Source: Hymenobacteraceae bacterium
GTDB lineage: Bacteria > Bacteroidota > Bacteroidia > Cytophagales > Hymenobacteraceae
Assembly (NCBI GenBank): GCA_031426455.1
Contig: JANPLI010000211.1
Coordinates: forward strand, 3,153 to 67,152
Length of the DNA stretch: 64,000 nt
Reading direction: 5' to 3'
The translations under genes and the position numbers were made by a program. How positions within the stretch are numbered: the stretch's first letter is position 1; every line of letters begins with the position of its first letter. The notes below the pieces were generated by a model. It did no database searches. It saw only the letters and a list, made by a program, of their open reading frames with translations, and had not been told where the DNA came from. This document shows, piece by piece, positions 49,099-59,314 of the stretch.

Positions 49099-49713
49099 TT
49101 ATCGCAGCAGCGCCCCCAGCTCGCGCAGGTCCAGCGCAAAACCGGGCAGCACGGGGTCAGCGGGGAGGTCGGTATCGAAACCCAGTACGGTCTCGCAGCC
49201 CTCGGCGCCGGCCCGGTACACATATATGGTCTCCGTTTCGGGTACGAGCAGCCAACCGAGCTGCGCCCCGTTGGCGCGCCATTCCTCCATTTTGAGCTGT
49301 AAAGTCGGTAGCGAATCGCTGGGCGACTTGACTTCCACCACGAACTCCGGGCAGAAGCGCCCGAAGCGCTGCCGCTCGGCGAACGTCAGTTTTTCCCAAA
49401 CGGCATTCGCTACCCACGCCGTATTCGGGGAACGCATCGCACCGTTGGGCAGAATAAAGCCGGTGCTGGAGCTAAGGACGTGCCCCAGTTGCGTTCTTTT
49501 GTTCCAGACACGTACCTGGCAATTGACTTCGGAATCCAGCGAACCGCTATCGAGGGCAGTAGGGGGGGGCATCAGAAAAAGGGTTTGGTCGGCGTTGCGC
49601 TCGATGTACAGGTCGGCGTTGGCCTGGCAGAAAGCGAACAGCTCCTCGTCGCTCATCGCTTCGACGAACGCCCCCTGGAGGGTAATGATATTGTCCTGGA
49701 TGGAAGGGCGCAT
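49099..49713 (-). CDS. Uma2-family (DUF820) PD-(D/E)XK endonuclease-like protein
   Basis: 204 aa. ...SPNTAWV...CPEFVVEVKSPSDS... carries the D..E.K signature typical of Uma2. Confidence 0.75.
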   Translation of the reverse strand: MRPSIQDNIITLQGAFVEAMSDEELFAFCQANADLYIERNADQTLFLMPPPTALDSGSLDSEVNCQVRVWNKRTQLGHVLSSSTGFILPNGAMRSPNTAWVANAVWEKLTFAERQRFGRFCPEFVVEVKSPSDSLPTLQLKMEEWRANGAQLGWLLVPETETIYVYRAGAEGCETVLGFDTDLPADPVLPGFALDLRELGALLR

Positions 49714-49830
49714 GGGGCGGCAGTAAGGATGGGTTTTGTAAACATACGCCGCCGGGCGGGTTGGCGGTTCCGGGGCACGTCGCCGTAGCTTCGTACCGCG
49801 TTTGGCATCGCTTGCGCCGGACCAGAGTTT

Positions 49831-50679
49831 TTGGGAATGCTATTGCGCCGGTGTCGTCTGGGTTTTCTGTTGCCGCTGGCCCTGACCGGCGCCTGCACAA
49901 ACCCCATCGGGCGGCAGGGGGAGCTGGCGCTGCCGGGGGCGGTGGCGCCCAACAGTCTAGCCCGCACCGCCGAAGCCCGGCCGTTGCGCGGTCGGACCTG
50001 GGTAGCGGCGGCTTTTTTAGAGGCCGTGCGCCGCGAGCGCTCCGTTTGGCGCGTGCTGGACCCCAATAATCCCGCCCCACGCTTTGGGGGCGCGCCCGTA
50101 CTGGGGTTTACGTTGGCCTTTACGATCGCTTCCGATTCGGCCCGCCTAGCCGGTTTCACCGAACACGAAGGCGGCTACGACGCCCTGCTGACGTTCGATT
50201 CCGGCGCCGGACATTTCCGTAGCGTTGGTGGCTTCAGCTCGCTGGAGCGTGCGCGTCCGTTTACGCTGCGCCTGCGGTCGCCGGACGAAGTGATGCTGGA
50301 ATACGACGCGGGGAAGGTTGTTGCCGATGTTTTTCGGCGAGAGCCGGATTTTCAGGCGTTTACTTTGTTGAACCGCGCCCTGCTGGCGGGCGCGTGGCGT
50401 TCGCTGCCCGGCGGGCAAACGGTCCGCTTCGGCGCTAACGGCCGCGTCAGTGGCCTGCGGGAAGGGCATTTGTACACCATCAACTACGACTTTACCGCCG
50501 CCCCGCTCTTCGACGCTCTTTTGGTGCAGCCGGCGCCCAAGCTGTCGCCCACGGCGTTGCACTTCGCTTTTAACGGCGATACCCTGGTGCTGACGCAGGT
50601 TCTGGGCGATAACCCCGCCAATTACGCCCTTGGCAAGCGCCGGTACACCCTGCTGCGTACCGGCGAGGCGGAGGAATGA
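49831..50679 (+). CDS. Hypothetical lipoprotein
   Basis: MGMLLRRCRLGFLLPLALTGACTNP (lipobox LTGAC). Confidence 0.5.
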   Translation: MGMLLRRCRLGFLLPLALTGACTNPIGRQGELALPGAVAPNSLARTAEARPLRGRTWVAAAFLEAVRRERSVWRVLDPNNPAPRFGGAPVLGFTLAFTIASDSARLAGFTEHEGGYDALLTFDSGAGHFRSVGGFSSLERARPFTLRLRSPDEVMLEYDAGKVVADVFRREPDFQAFTLLNRALLAGAWRSLPGGQTVRFGANGRVSGLREGHLYTINYDFTAAPLFDALLVQPAPKLSPTALHFAFNGDTLVLTQVLGDNPANYALGKRRYTLLRTGEAEE

Positions 50680-50687
50680 GGGCACTA

Positions 50688-51593
50688 TTACGAAATTACG
50701 GCCTCCCGCGCAGCCACGGCGACGGGCAGCGTGGCCTGAATCCGGGCCAGTAAGTCGGCCGAGGCCGGCAGCAGCGGCAGCCGGACGGCCGGGCTGCAAA
50801 CGCCGCGCGCCGCCAGGGCGGCCTTCACGCCCACGGGGTTAGCTTCCTCGTAGAGCAGCGGGTTGAGGTCGAGAAAGCCGAAAAGCGCCCGGCTGGCCGC
50901 GCGGAAGTCGCCAGCCAGCGCGGTACGGGTCATCGCCGAAAACTCCACGGGCAGGGCGTTGGCAATCACCGAGATGACGCCCGCCGCGCCGTGCGCTACC
51001 AGGGCGGGCGCCAGCAGGTCGTCGCCGCTGACGAGGGCAAAGCCCGCCGGTGCGTCCTTCAGAATCGCCAGACATTGCTCCAGGTTGCCGCTGGCTTCTT
51101 TGGTGCCGATGATACGCGGATGCGCCGCGAGTTCGAGCGTGGCGGCGGCGCTTACGTTGGAGGAGGTCCGGCCGGGTACGTTGTACAGGATTAGGGGTAG
51201 CGGCGCGGCGTCGGCCAGGGCCGTGTAGTGCGCCACGATGCCGGCCTGTGTGGGCTTGTTGTATGCTGGCGAAACGCTTAGAATGGCGCTGATGCCGGTG
51301 AAATCGGTATCAGCGATTTGCGCCAGCACCTTGCGGGTATCGTTGCCGCCGATGCCCACCACCACCGGCACTCGACCAGCCGTGCGGGCCACGACGGCGC
51401 GCAGTACGGCGGCTTTTTCGGGTTGCGAGGTAGTGGCCGCTTCGCCGGTCGAACCGTGAATCACGAGGTAATCAACGCCCTGGCCGGGCGCGTCGATGAC
51501 GTAATCGACGAGGCGGTCGAGGGCGGCAAAATCAATTTCGCCCGCAGGCGTGAAAGGCGTGACGAGGGCGACGCCGGTTCCGGAGAGGTTCAT
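50688..51593 (-). CDS. dapA: 4-hydroxy-tetrahydrodipicolinate synthase
   Basis: ATG at 51593. GTGVALVTPF, GSTGEAATTS, SPAYNKPTQ and YNVPGRT. Confidence 0.9.
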   Translation of the reverse strand: MNLSGTGVALVTPFTPAGEIDFAALDRLVDYVIDAPGQGVDYLVIHGSTGEAATTSQPEKAAVLRAVVARTAGRVPVVVGIGGNDTRKVLAQIADTDFTGISAILSVSPAYNKPTQAGIVAHYTALADAAPLPLILYNVPGRTSSNVSAAATLELAAHPRIIGTKEASGNLEQCLAILKDAPAGFALVSGDDLLAPALVAHGAAGVISVIANALPVEFSAMTRTALAGDFRAASRALFGFLDLNPLLYEEANPVGVKAALAARGVCSPAVRLPLLPASADLLARIQATLPVAVAAREAVIS

Positions 51594-51642
51594 TGGGGGA
51601 TTGGGATTGGGAAGAGATTTTGAGAGATTAGAGGAGTAGGGA

Positions 51643-52233
51643 TCAGAGGAGCATATCCTCAAAGTAGCCTTCGGTACTATCCCGGCTCAGCACCAGAAAG
51701 CTTGAACGGCGGGGTTCGACTACCCGAAACCCAAGCAGCGGGCACGCGGCCCGAATGTCGTCCGGTATTCCCAACGGGTAAGATTCGCGGGACGTGGAAT
51801 TGGTTGGGAAGCGGGCTCGGCGCCGGATGATGCGCCGAAGCTCCGCCGGACAAGTCCGAAAGTGGAGCCATACGGTCATATCCATCACCGGCACGACCGC
51901 ATCCTGATACTTGGTCACCCGAACGCATCCAGCAGGGCTGCGCCCGAAGAAACCTTCGTAAACTTCCTGACCTGTACGCCCGCGCAACGCCGAGCAGAAC
52001 CCTTCATAAACTTTCTGACCTGTACGCCCGCGCAACGCCGAGCGAAGGTAGCCGACAGCCCGGTAAGCACCGCCCGCAAGGCCCCCGATACTCAGAAGCA
52101 AACAGGCTGCGGCCAGCCACAATAGCCACGGCCGATGCCAGCCCACGGCCCACACCAATAGCCCGAAGGCTGCCACGAATCCCCCGCCGGCCAGCAACAA
52201 CAGGGTTAAAAAGTAGCTCACGGACTGGACCAT
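51643..52233 (-). CDS. Hypothetical membrane protein with an internal 16-aa tandem duplication
   Basis: Two N-terminal TM helices. ALRGRTGQ(K/E)VYEGF is repeated. Confidence 0.45.
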   Translation of the reverse strand: MVQSVSYFLTLLLLAGGGFVAAFGLLVWAVGWHRPWLLWLAAACLLLSIGGLAGGAYRAVGYLRSALRGRTGQKVYEGFCSALRGRTGQEVYEGFFGRSPAGCVRVTKYQDAVVPVMDMTVWLHFRTCPAELRRIIRRRARFPTNSTSRESYPLGIPDDIRAACPLLGFRVVEPRRSSFLVLSRDSTEGYFEDMLL

Positions 52234-52236
52234 TGC

Positions 52237-54546
<2,310 letters not shown>

Positions 54547-54862
54547 CTACGGCCGGCCGGCCGGGTGGGGCGTGGATGCCCGACACGATTTTCGCTGCTT
54601 TTCCTTTGCCGGGTTCCGTTCTCCCGTCCGTCGCCTGCTGCGCGCCGTAAGGGCGCACTTTAGCCTTTCACAAGCCCAGTTAGCCCCGTGGCTGGGCGTT
54701 TCGCGGCGGCTCGTGACCTACGCCGAACACGGGCAACGCACCCTGATTGCTGCGATTACGGCCTGCAAAGCGGCCCTGTCAAGACAGGATGGAATGGGTG
54801 AAAAAGGGCGCGCGCTCCTGGCCGCAAGGCTGGGGGCGGTTTTGCTATGCTGGATGGGCTGC

Positions 54863-57493
54863 TTACACTTCCGTCGGTTTTTCTACCACATCGTAGTCGA
54901 TGCCTAAGGCGGCGAAATGTGCTTTGCCACACTGAATTTTCGCCCACTCGCCGGCCCGAAGCTTTAGCTCTTCCTTGCTGCCTTTGGTTTCGCGCACCAT
55001 ATACACCCGCGCATCATCGTCTTTCACGATGGCCCAGTCGGGGTTGTAATTGCCTAAGGGAGTAGGAATCTGAAACCAGCCCGGCAGCTTCAGGAAAAGA
55101 CGAATGTCGTCGCGTCCGCTCATCGTTTGGGCAAACTCGCGCTCCACATTCGAGTCCACGGCTACGGCGTCGTAGATGCTGTGTTGCACGTCCACCATCT
55201 CTTCGAGGGCGGCTGTAATCTCCTGTTCTTCGAACAGGCGCATCTCGTAGTCCTGCTCGGGCAGGCGCTCGTACTTGATGCCGCCTTCTACCATCAATTG
55301 GCGCAGTTCGGTCTGGATGGCCTGTTGCGCCTGCTCCAGAAACTGCTGCGGGTTGCGGGGCACTTCGGCCAGGCGCCCGCTTCGTTGCAGAATGGCAGCC
55401 AGCGTCTGGCGCGTCAACTCGGTGTGTTGCTGTAAGTAGCCGAGCAAGTCGGGCACGGGCTGCGGCGCGTAGGGGGCAGGCTCGGCGTCGCGCACGGTCA
55501 ATAGCTGCGTTTCCAGCCCCTCGTCGGTCAGCGTCAGGCGGCTTTTCTGCACTTCCAGCTTGACGGGTTGCAGCTTGGGGCGCTGGGCCAGATTGCGGGC
55601 CGCTCGTACGATCAGCTCTTCCGTGTCGAAGGCCACGGCGTAGCGGGTGCGCTGCTTGAGACGGTTCCAGAGGGCGAGGAAGTCGGCGTTGAGCTGCCAA
55701 CCGGGGTGCAGGCGTGCGGTGCGGGTTTTCTTCTTGTTGGTGATGCGACCCGCGAACGACACGCCGCACTCTTCTTCGATTTCGGTCTGGAGTTGCCGCG
55801 CGAAATCGTCGTAGTGCTCGTTGGCGATGATGGTGAGGCGGTTGATCGTTTCGTCGTGGCAGCGCTCGCCATTGGCCAGCACGGGCAGGCGCAGCCCACG
55901 CCCGATTTCCTGCCGCTTCTTGATTTCCGACCGCGTTTCGTTGAGGGTGCAGATCTGGAAGACGTTGGGGTTGTCCCAGCCTTCGCGCAGGGCCGAATGA
56001 CTGAAAATGAAGCGTACCGGCTCCTCCGGCGACAGCAGCCGCTCTTTGTCGCGCATAATCAGCTCGTAGGCTTCATCGTCGGCGGCGGAGTCGCCCCGGG
56101 TGTCTTTCGGCGTTCCCTTGTAGGCGGCGAAGTAGCCCGCGTGGACGTCTTCCGCCGGCGGCAAGGTCAGCTTGGTGTAGCGCGGCAGGGCGGCCAGCGT
56201 GCGGTAGGCTTCTTCGAACCAGTACCGAATCTTGCCATTGAGGGCCGCGTAATTGGCAACCCGGTCGATGAAGAACAGAGACAGCACTTTCAACCGCGCG
56301 TCCGGCCCGGCCAGGCCGGGGAGAAGCTGCCCGATTTTTACTTCCCGGTCGAAGTGCTCGCGCACGGTTTCCTGAATCTGCGCCCGCATCACGTCGTCGG
56401 TACGCCCGCCGTGGCTCTGGCCGACGGTCAACTCTACGCCATTTTCGAAGCGGACGTAGCCGTCGGCGGCGTTGATTTCATCTACCACGAAGCCCCGATA
56501 GGCGGCGCGCTCGCCGGATAGCTCGAACAGGTCGGCGCCGCTGCCCTTCACGGTAAGGGTCTTGCGCTCGGGGCCGCGCCGGCCGCTGATGTCGAGCGTC
56601 AGCCGGGCCGATACCTGCGTGCGGGTGGCGCTGATGCTTTGCACGGCCACGTAGGGCTGGTTGAAATCCGGCTCATCAAGCACCGATGACACGTCGATCC
56701 GCTTGACGAGGCGCAGGTCGTAGGCGCGCACCGGGTCGAGCTTATACAGCAGGTGGTGCCGGGTGCGGTGGGTGGCCGAGTAGCGCAGCGTACAGAGCGG
56801 CGCCAGACTGGCAATGGCGAGTTGGGCGGCGTCGCTCTCCATATTCTGCGGCTCGTCGAGCACCACGATGGGCCGCGCGGCCTGGATGAACTCGATGGGC
56901 GCGCGGCCCGAAAGCTGGTCGTAGGACTGGTAGATGACGTTGGTCGCCGGCTTGTTGAAGGCGTCGATGTTCATCACCAGAATTTGCAGGGCGCTGCTCT
57001 GGGCAAACTGCCGCAGCCGGGCGTACTGGCGGGCGTCATACACCCAGGCGTCGTAGGCAACGTGGTCATACAGGGCCTGAAAATGCTCGCGCATCAGCCG
57101 CAGACTCGTCAGCACGCCCTCGCGGATGGCCACGCTCGGCACTACGATGATGAACTTGGCGAACCCGTAGCGCTGGTGCAGCTCGAAAAGCGTTCGCAGG
57201 TACACGTAGGTTTTGCCGGTGCCGGTTTCCATTTCCACCGAAAAGTGCGGCTCGCCGAGTTGCTGGCTCGCGGGCAATTGGTGCCGCTGCTGCACGGCTT
57301 GCACATTCGCCAGCAGCGTATCGGGTGCTAGCACCAGTTGGTTGCCGGTGCCTAGCTCCGTCACCAGCTCGGTGGGGGCATTTAGCGGCAGGTTGTAGGT
57401 GCCGGCCTGCGCTGGCTGCCCCGTGAAGAGGTGCAGCACGGCATCGATGGCCTCGCGCTGGTAGGGAAGGTCGGCGTCGAATCGGAGTTTCAC
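54863..57493 (-). CDS. res: Type III restriction endonuclease Res subunit (SF2 helicase plus C-terminal PD-(D/E)XK nuclease)
   Basis: Motif I METGTGKTYVY, motif II VVLDEPQNM, later SHSALREGWDNPNVF. C-terminal YNPDWAIV...MVRETKGS nuclease motif. The GTG start overlaps the upstream stop (GTGA). Confidence 0.9.
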   Translation of the reverse strand: MKLRFDADLPYQREAIDAVLHLFTGQPAQAGTYNLPLNAPTELVTELGTGNQLVLAPDTLLANVQAVQQRHQLPASQQLGEPHFSVEMETGTGKTYVYLRTLFELHQRYGFAKFIIVVPSVAIREGVLTSLRLMREHFQALYDHVAYDAWVYDARQYARLRQFAQSSALQILVMNIDAFNKPATNVIYQSYDQLSGRAPIEFIQAARPIVVLDEPQNMESDAAQLAIASLAPLCTLRYSATHRTRHHLLYKLDPVRAYDLRLVKRIDVSSVLDEPDFNQPYVAVQSISATRTQVSARLTLDISGRRGPERKTLTVKGSGADLFELSGERAAYRGFVVDEINAADGYVRFENGVELTVGQSHGGRTDDVMRAQIQETVREHFDREVKIGQLLPGLAGPDARLKVLSLFFIDRVANYAALNGKIRYWFEEAYRTLAALPRYTKLTLPPAEDVHAGYFAAYKGTPKDTRGDSAADDEAYELIMRDKERLLSPEEPVRFIFSHSALREGWDNPNVFQICTLNETRSEIKKRQEIGRGLRLPVLANGERCHDETINRLTIIANEHYDDFARQLQTEIEEECGVSFAGRITNKKKTRTARLHPGWQLNADFLALWNRLKQRTRYAVAFDTEELIVRAARNLAQRPKLQPVKLEVQKSRLTLTDEGLETQLLTVRDAEPAPYAPQPVPDLLGYLQQHTELTRQTLAAILQRSGRLAEVPRNPQQFLEQAQQAIQTELRQLMVEGGIKYERLPEQDYEMRLFEEQEITAALEEMVDVQHSIYDAVAVDSNVEREFAQTMSGRDDIRLFLKLPGWFQIPTPLGNYNPDWAIVKDDDARVYMVRETKGSKEELKLRAGEWAKIQCGKAHFAALGIDYDVVEKPTEV

Positions 57494-58086
57494 GCGGGTA
57501 GGGGAAGGGCTAAGAGCTCGTGTTCGAGCCGGCGGATGCCGCCGAGCAGGTTGCGGAAGGTGGCGGAGCGGGTGTTCATCAGGTCGAGGTGCTGGCCGAT
57601 GGCGCGCGAGCCTTCTATTTGCCGGTACGCCCCGTTGGTCAGTAGCTGCAGCTCCTGCTTGGGAGAGCCGAGCCGGTCGGGGTCACGGAAGTTTTTGGTG
57701 TGCTGGCGTTTTGCCAGCCCCCGCAGCCGCAAGGCCGTTTCCACCGCTGCGAGATCGGCCAGGTAAATCGTTTCTAATTCGGTGCAGGCGATGCGCACGA
57801 GGGCGAGGGCGGCTTTGCCGGCTTCGCGGCATTTAGCCAGCAGTTTTTCTTTCAGGTCAAGGCAGGCTGGGTAACCGTCCTGATCGCGGAGAACCAGAAA
57901 GCGAACGTGCGGCCGCCCATTATTATCAAAACGCATGGTGCGCACGAGCCGCCGTTCCAGGTCTTGTTTACCCTCGAACGGAATGAACGTGGGTGTGATG
58001 CTCGGGTGCAGCGGCAGGCGTTCGAGCAGTGATTCGAGCAGCGCCCGCGCCGATTCCTCTTCCAGCAGGAAAACCAGCTCTCTCAT
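57490..58086 (-). CDS. DUF4276-family protein (TOPRIM-like acidic motifs; predicted nuclease partner of the ATPase)
   Basis: 198 aa. MRELVFLLEEESARALLESLLERL and VRFLVLRDQDGYP. ATGA overlap with the ATPase stop and GTGA overlap with the res start. Confidence 0.75.
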   Translation of the reverse strand: MRELVFLLEEESARALLESLLERLPLHPSITPTFIPFEGKQDLERRLVRTMRFDNNGRPHVRFLVLRDQDGYPACLDLKEKLLAKCREAGKAALALVRIACTELETIYLADLAAVETALRLRGLAKRQHTKNFRDPDRLGSPKQELQLLTNGAYRQIEGSRAIGQHLDLMNTRSATFRNLLGGIRRLEHELLALPLPA

Positions 58087-59303
58087 CGCGGGTCCACTTC
58101 CTTGAAAAAGCCTTGTTTCCAGAGGTAGCCCATCTGGTCGCCTTCGGCCATATACACGGCCACCTGCTGGTTATCCTTCGCCCGGCGGATCTCGGTGCGG
58201 CCCTGCCGTTTCACGAGCCAGCAGACTTCCTGCACTTCCACGGCGTTCAGAAAATCGGGCGAGTGGGTGGCGATGAGTACCTGCCCGCCGCCGCGCGCGG
58301 TGTAATACCGAAACTCCTCCGCCAGCTCGGCCATCAACTGGGGGTAGAGGTGGTTTTCCGGCTCGTCGATGCCCAGAAAGGCGCGGGGCTTCGGGTCATA
58401 CAGTAGCAGCAGGTAGGCGAAAAGCTTGATGGTGCCGTCTGACACCTGCCGGTCCAGAAACGGCGCCTGAAACGAGCCGTCCTGAAACCGCAGAATCAGG
58501 GATCCGTCCTCCATCACCAGCGGCTCGACGCCCGCCAACCCCGGTACGAAGCGGCTCAGGCGTTCCAGCACCTTGGCGAAGATTTCCGGGTGCTGCTCAT
58601 ACAGCGTCCGCGCCACGAGCGCCAGGTTATCGCCCGATTCGGAAAGCTGCTCGGGGTCGCCGATGCGGGGCTTGCGGCCAATGGCGGCGTTGAGGTCGAA
58701 ATTGAAGAGGTGGAAGGAGGTGAGAAACTGCAATAGGGTGTTACCAAGCGTAAAGCCGGGTAACGGCCCGACAATTTTGAGCATCGGCGTTTCGGCTGAA
58801 ACCACTCCGAAAATAGAGGCTTCGTAAAGGGCGCCCAATGCTCCTTTCACGGGCGAATAGACGGCCCCGATTTTTTCCAGCTCAGGCGTACCACCTACGA
58901 AAACGCGGCCCTCTCCGTACGTGAGTAGCAGGATGGGCGAGAAGCCCGAGCGGTGTAGCCGCAACTCTTCCTGCTGAATAGGCAAGGCCGAATGCGTATC
59001 CGCAATCTTCAGCCGGTACACGAGATGCTGCTGTTCGTCCTCTACGGCAAAAGCACAGGAAACCTCAACTTCAATCACCTCCTCCTCCGCCTCCCGGCTC
59101 AGAACTTCTTTGAACCCACCGCGCATATTGAGCGCCTTGCGCACGTCATAGGTCAGGCAGTCGCGCAGGAAGCTGAAGACGTCGAAGAGCGTCGATTTGC
59201 CGGTGCCGTTGGCGCCCACTACCACCAGCATCGCCGGAATGTCGGTGAGGTGGACGTCGCGGAACGCCTTGTAGTTCTTGATTCGGAGCGATTCAATTCT
59301 CAT
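58083..59303 (-). CDS. ABC-type AAA ATPase (AAA_15/AAA_21-like, OLD/AbiL/PARIS-type ATPase class)
   Basis: ATG at 59303 (MRIESLRIKNYKAFRDV). Walker A GANGTGKST, signature-like VSDGTIKLF, Walker B FLGIDEPENHL and H-loop IATHSPDF. Confidence 0.85.
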   Translation of the reverse strand: MRIESLRIKNYKAFRDVHLTDIPAMLVVVGANGTGKSTLFDVFSFLRDCLTYDVRKALNMRGGFKEVLSREAEEEVIEVEVSCAFAVEDEQQHLVYRLKIADTHSALPIQQEELRLHRSGFSPILLLTYGEGRVFVGGTPELEKIGAVYSPVKGALGALYEASIFGVVSAETPMLKIVGPLPGFTLGNTLLQFLTSFHLFNFDLNAAIGRKPRIGDPEQLSESGDNLALVARTLYEQHPEIFAKVLERLSRFVPGLAGVEPLVMEDGSLILRFQDGSFQAPFLDRQVSDGTIKLFAYLLLLYDPKPRAFLGIDEPENHLYPQLMAELAEEFRYYTARGGGQVLIATHSPDFLNAVEVQEVCWLVKRQGRTEIRRAKDNQQVAVYMAEGDQMGYLWKQGFFKEVDPR

Positions 59304-59314
59304 CGGGCAGCCGT

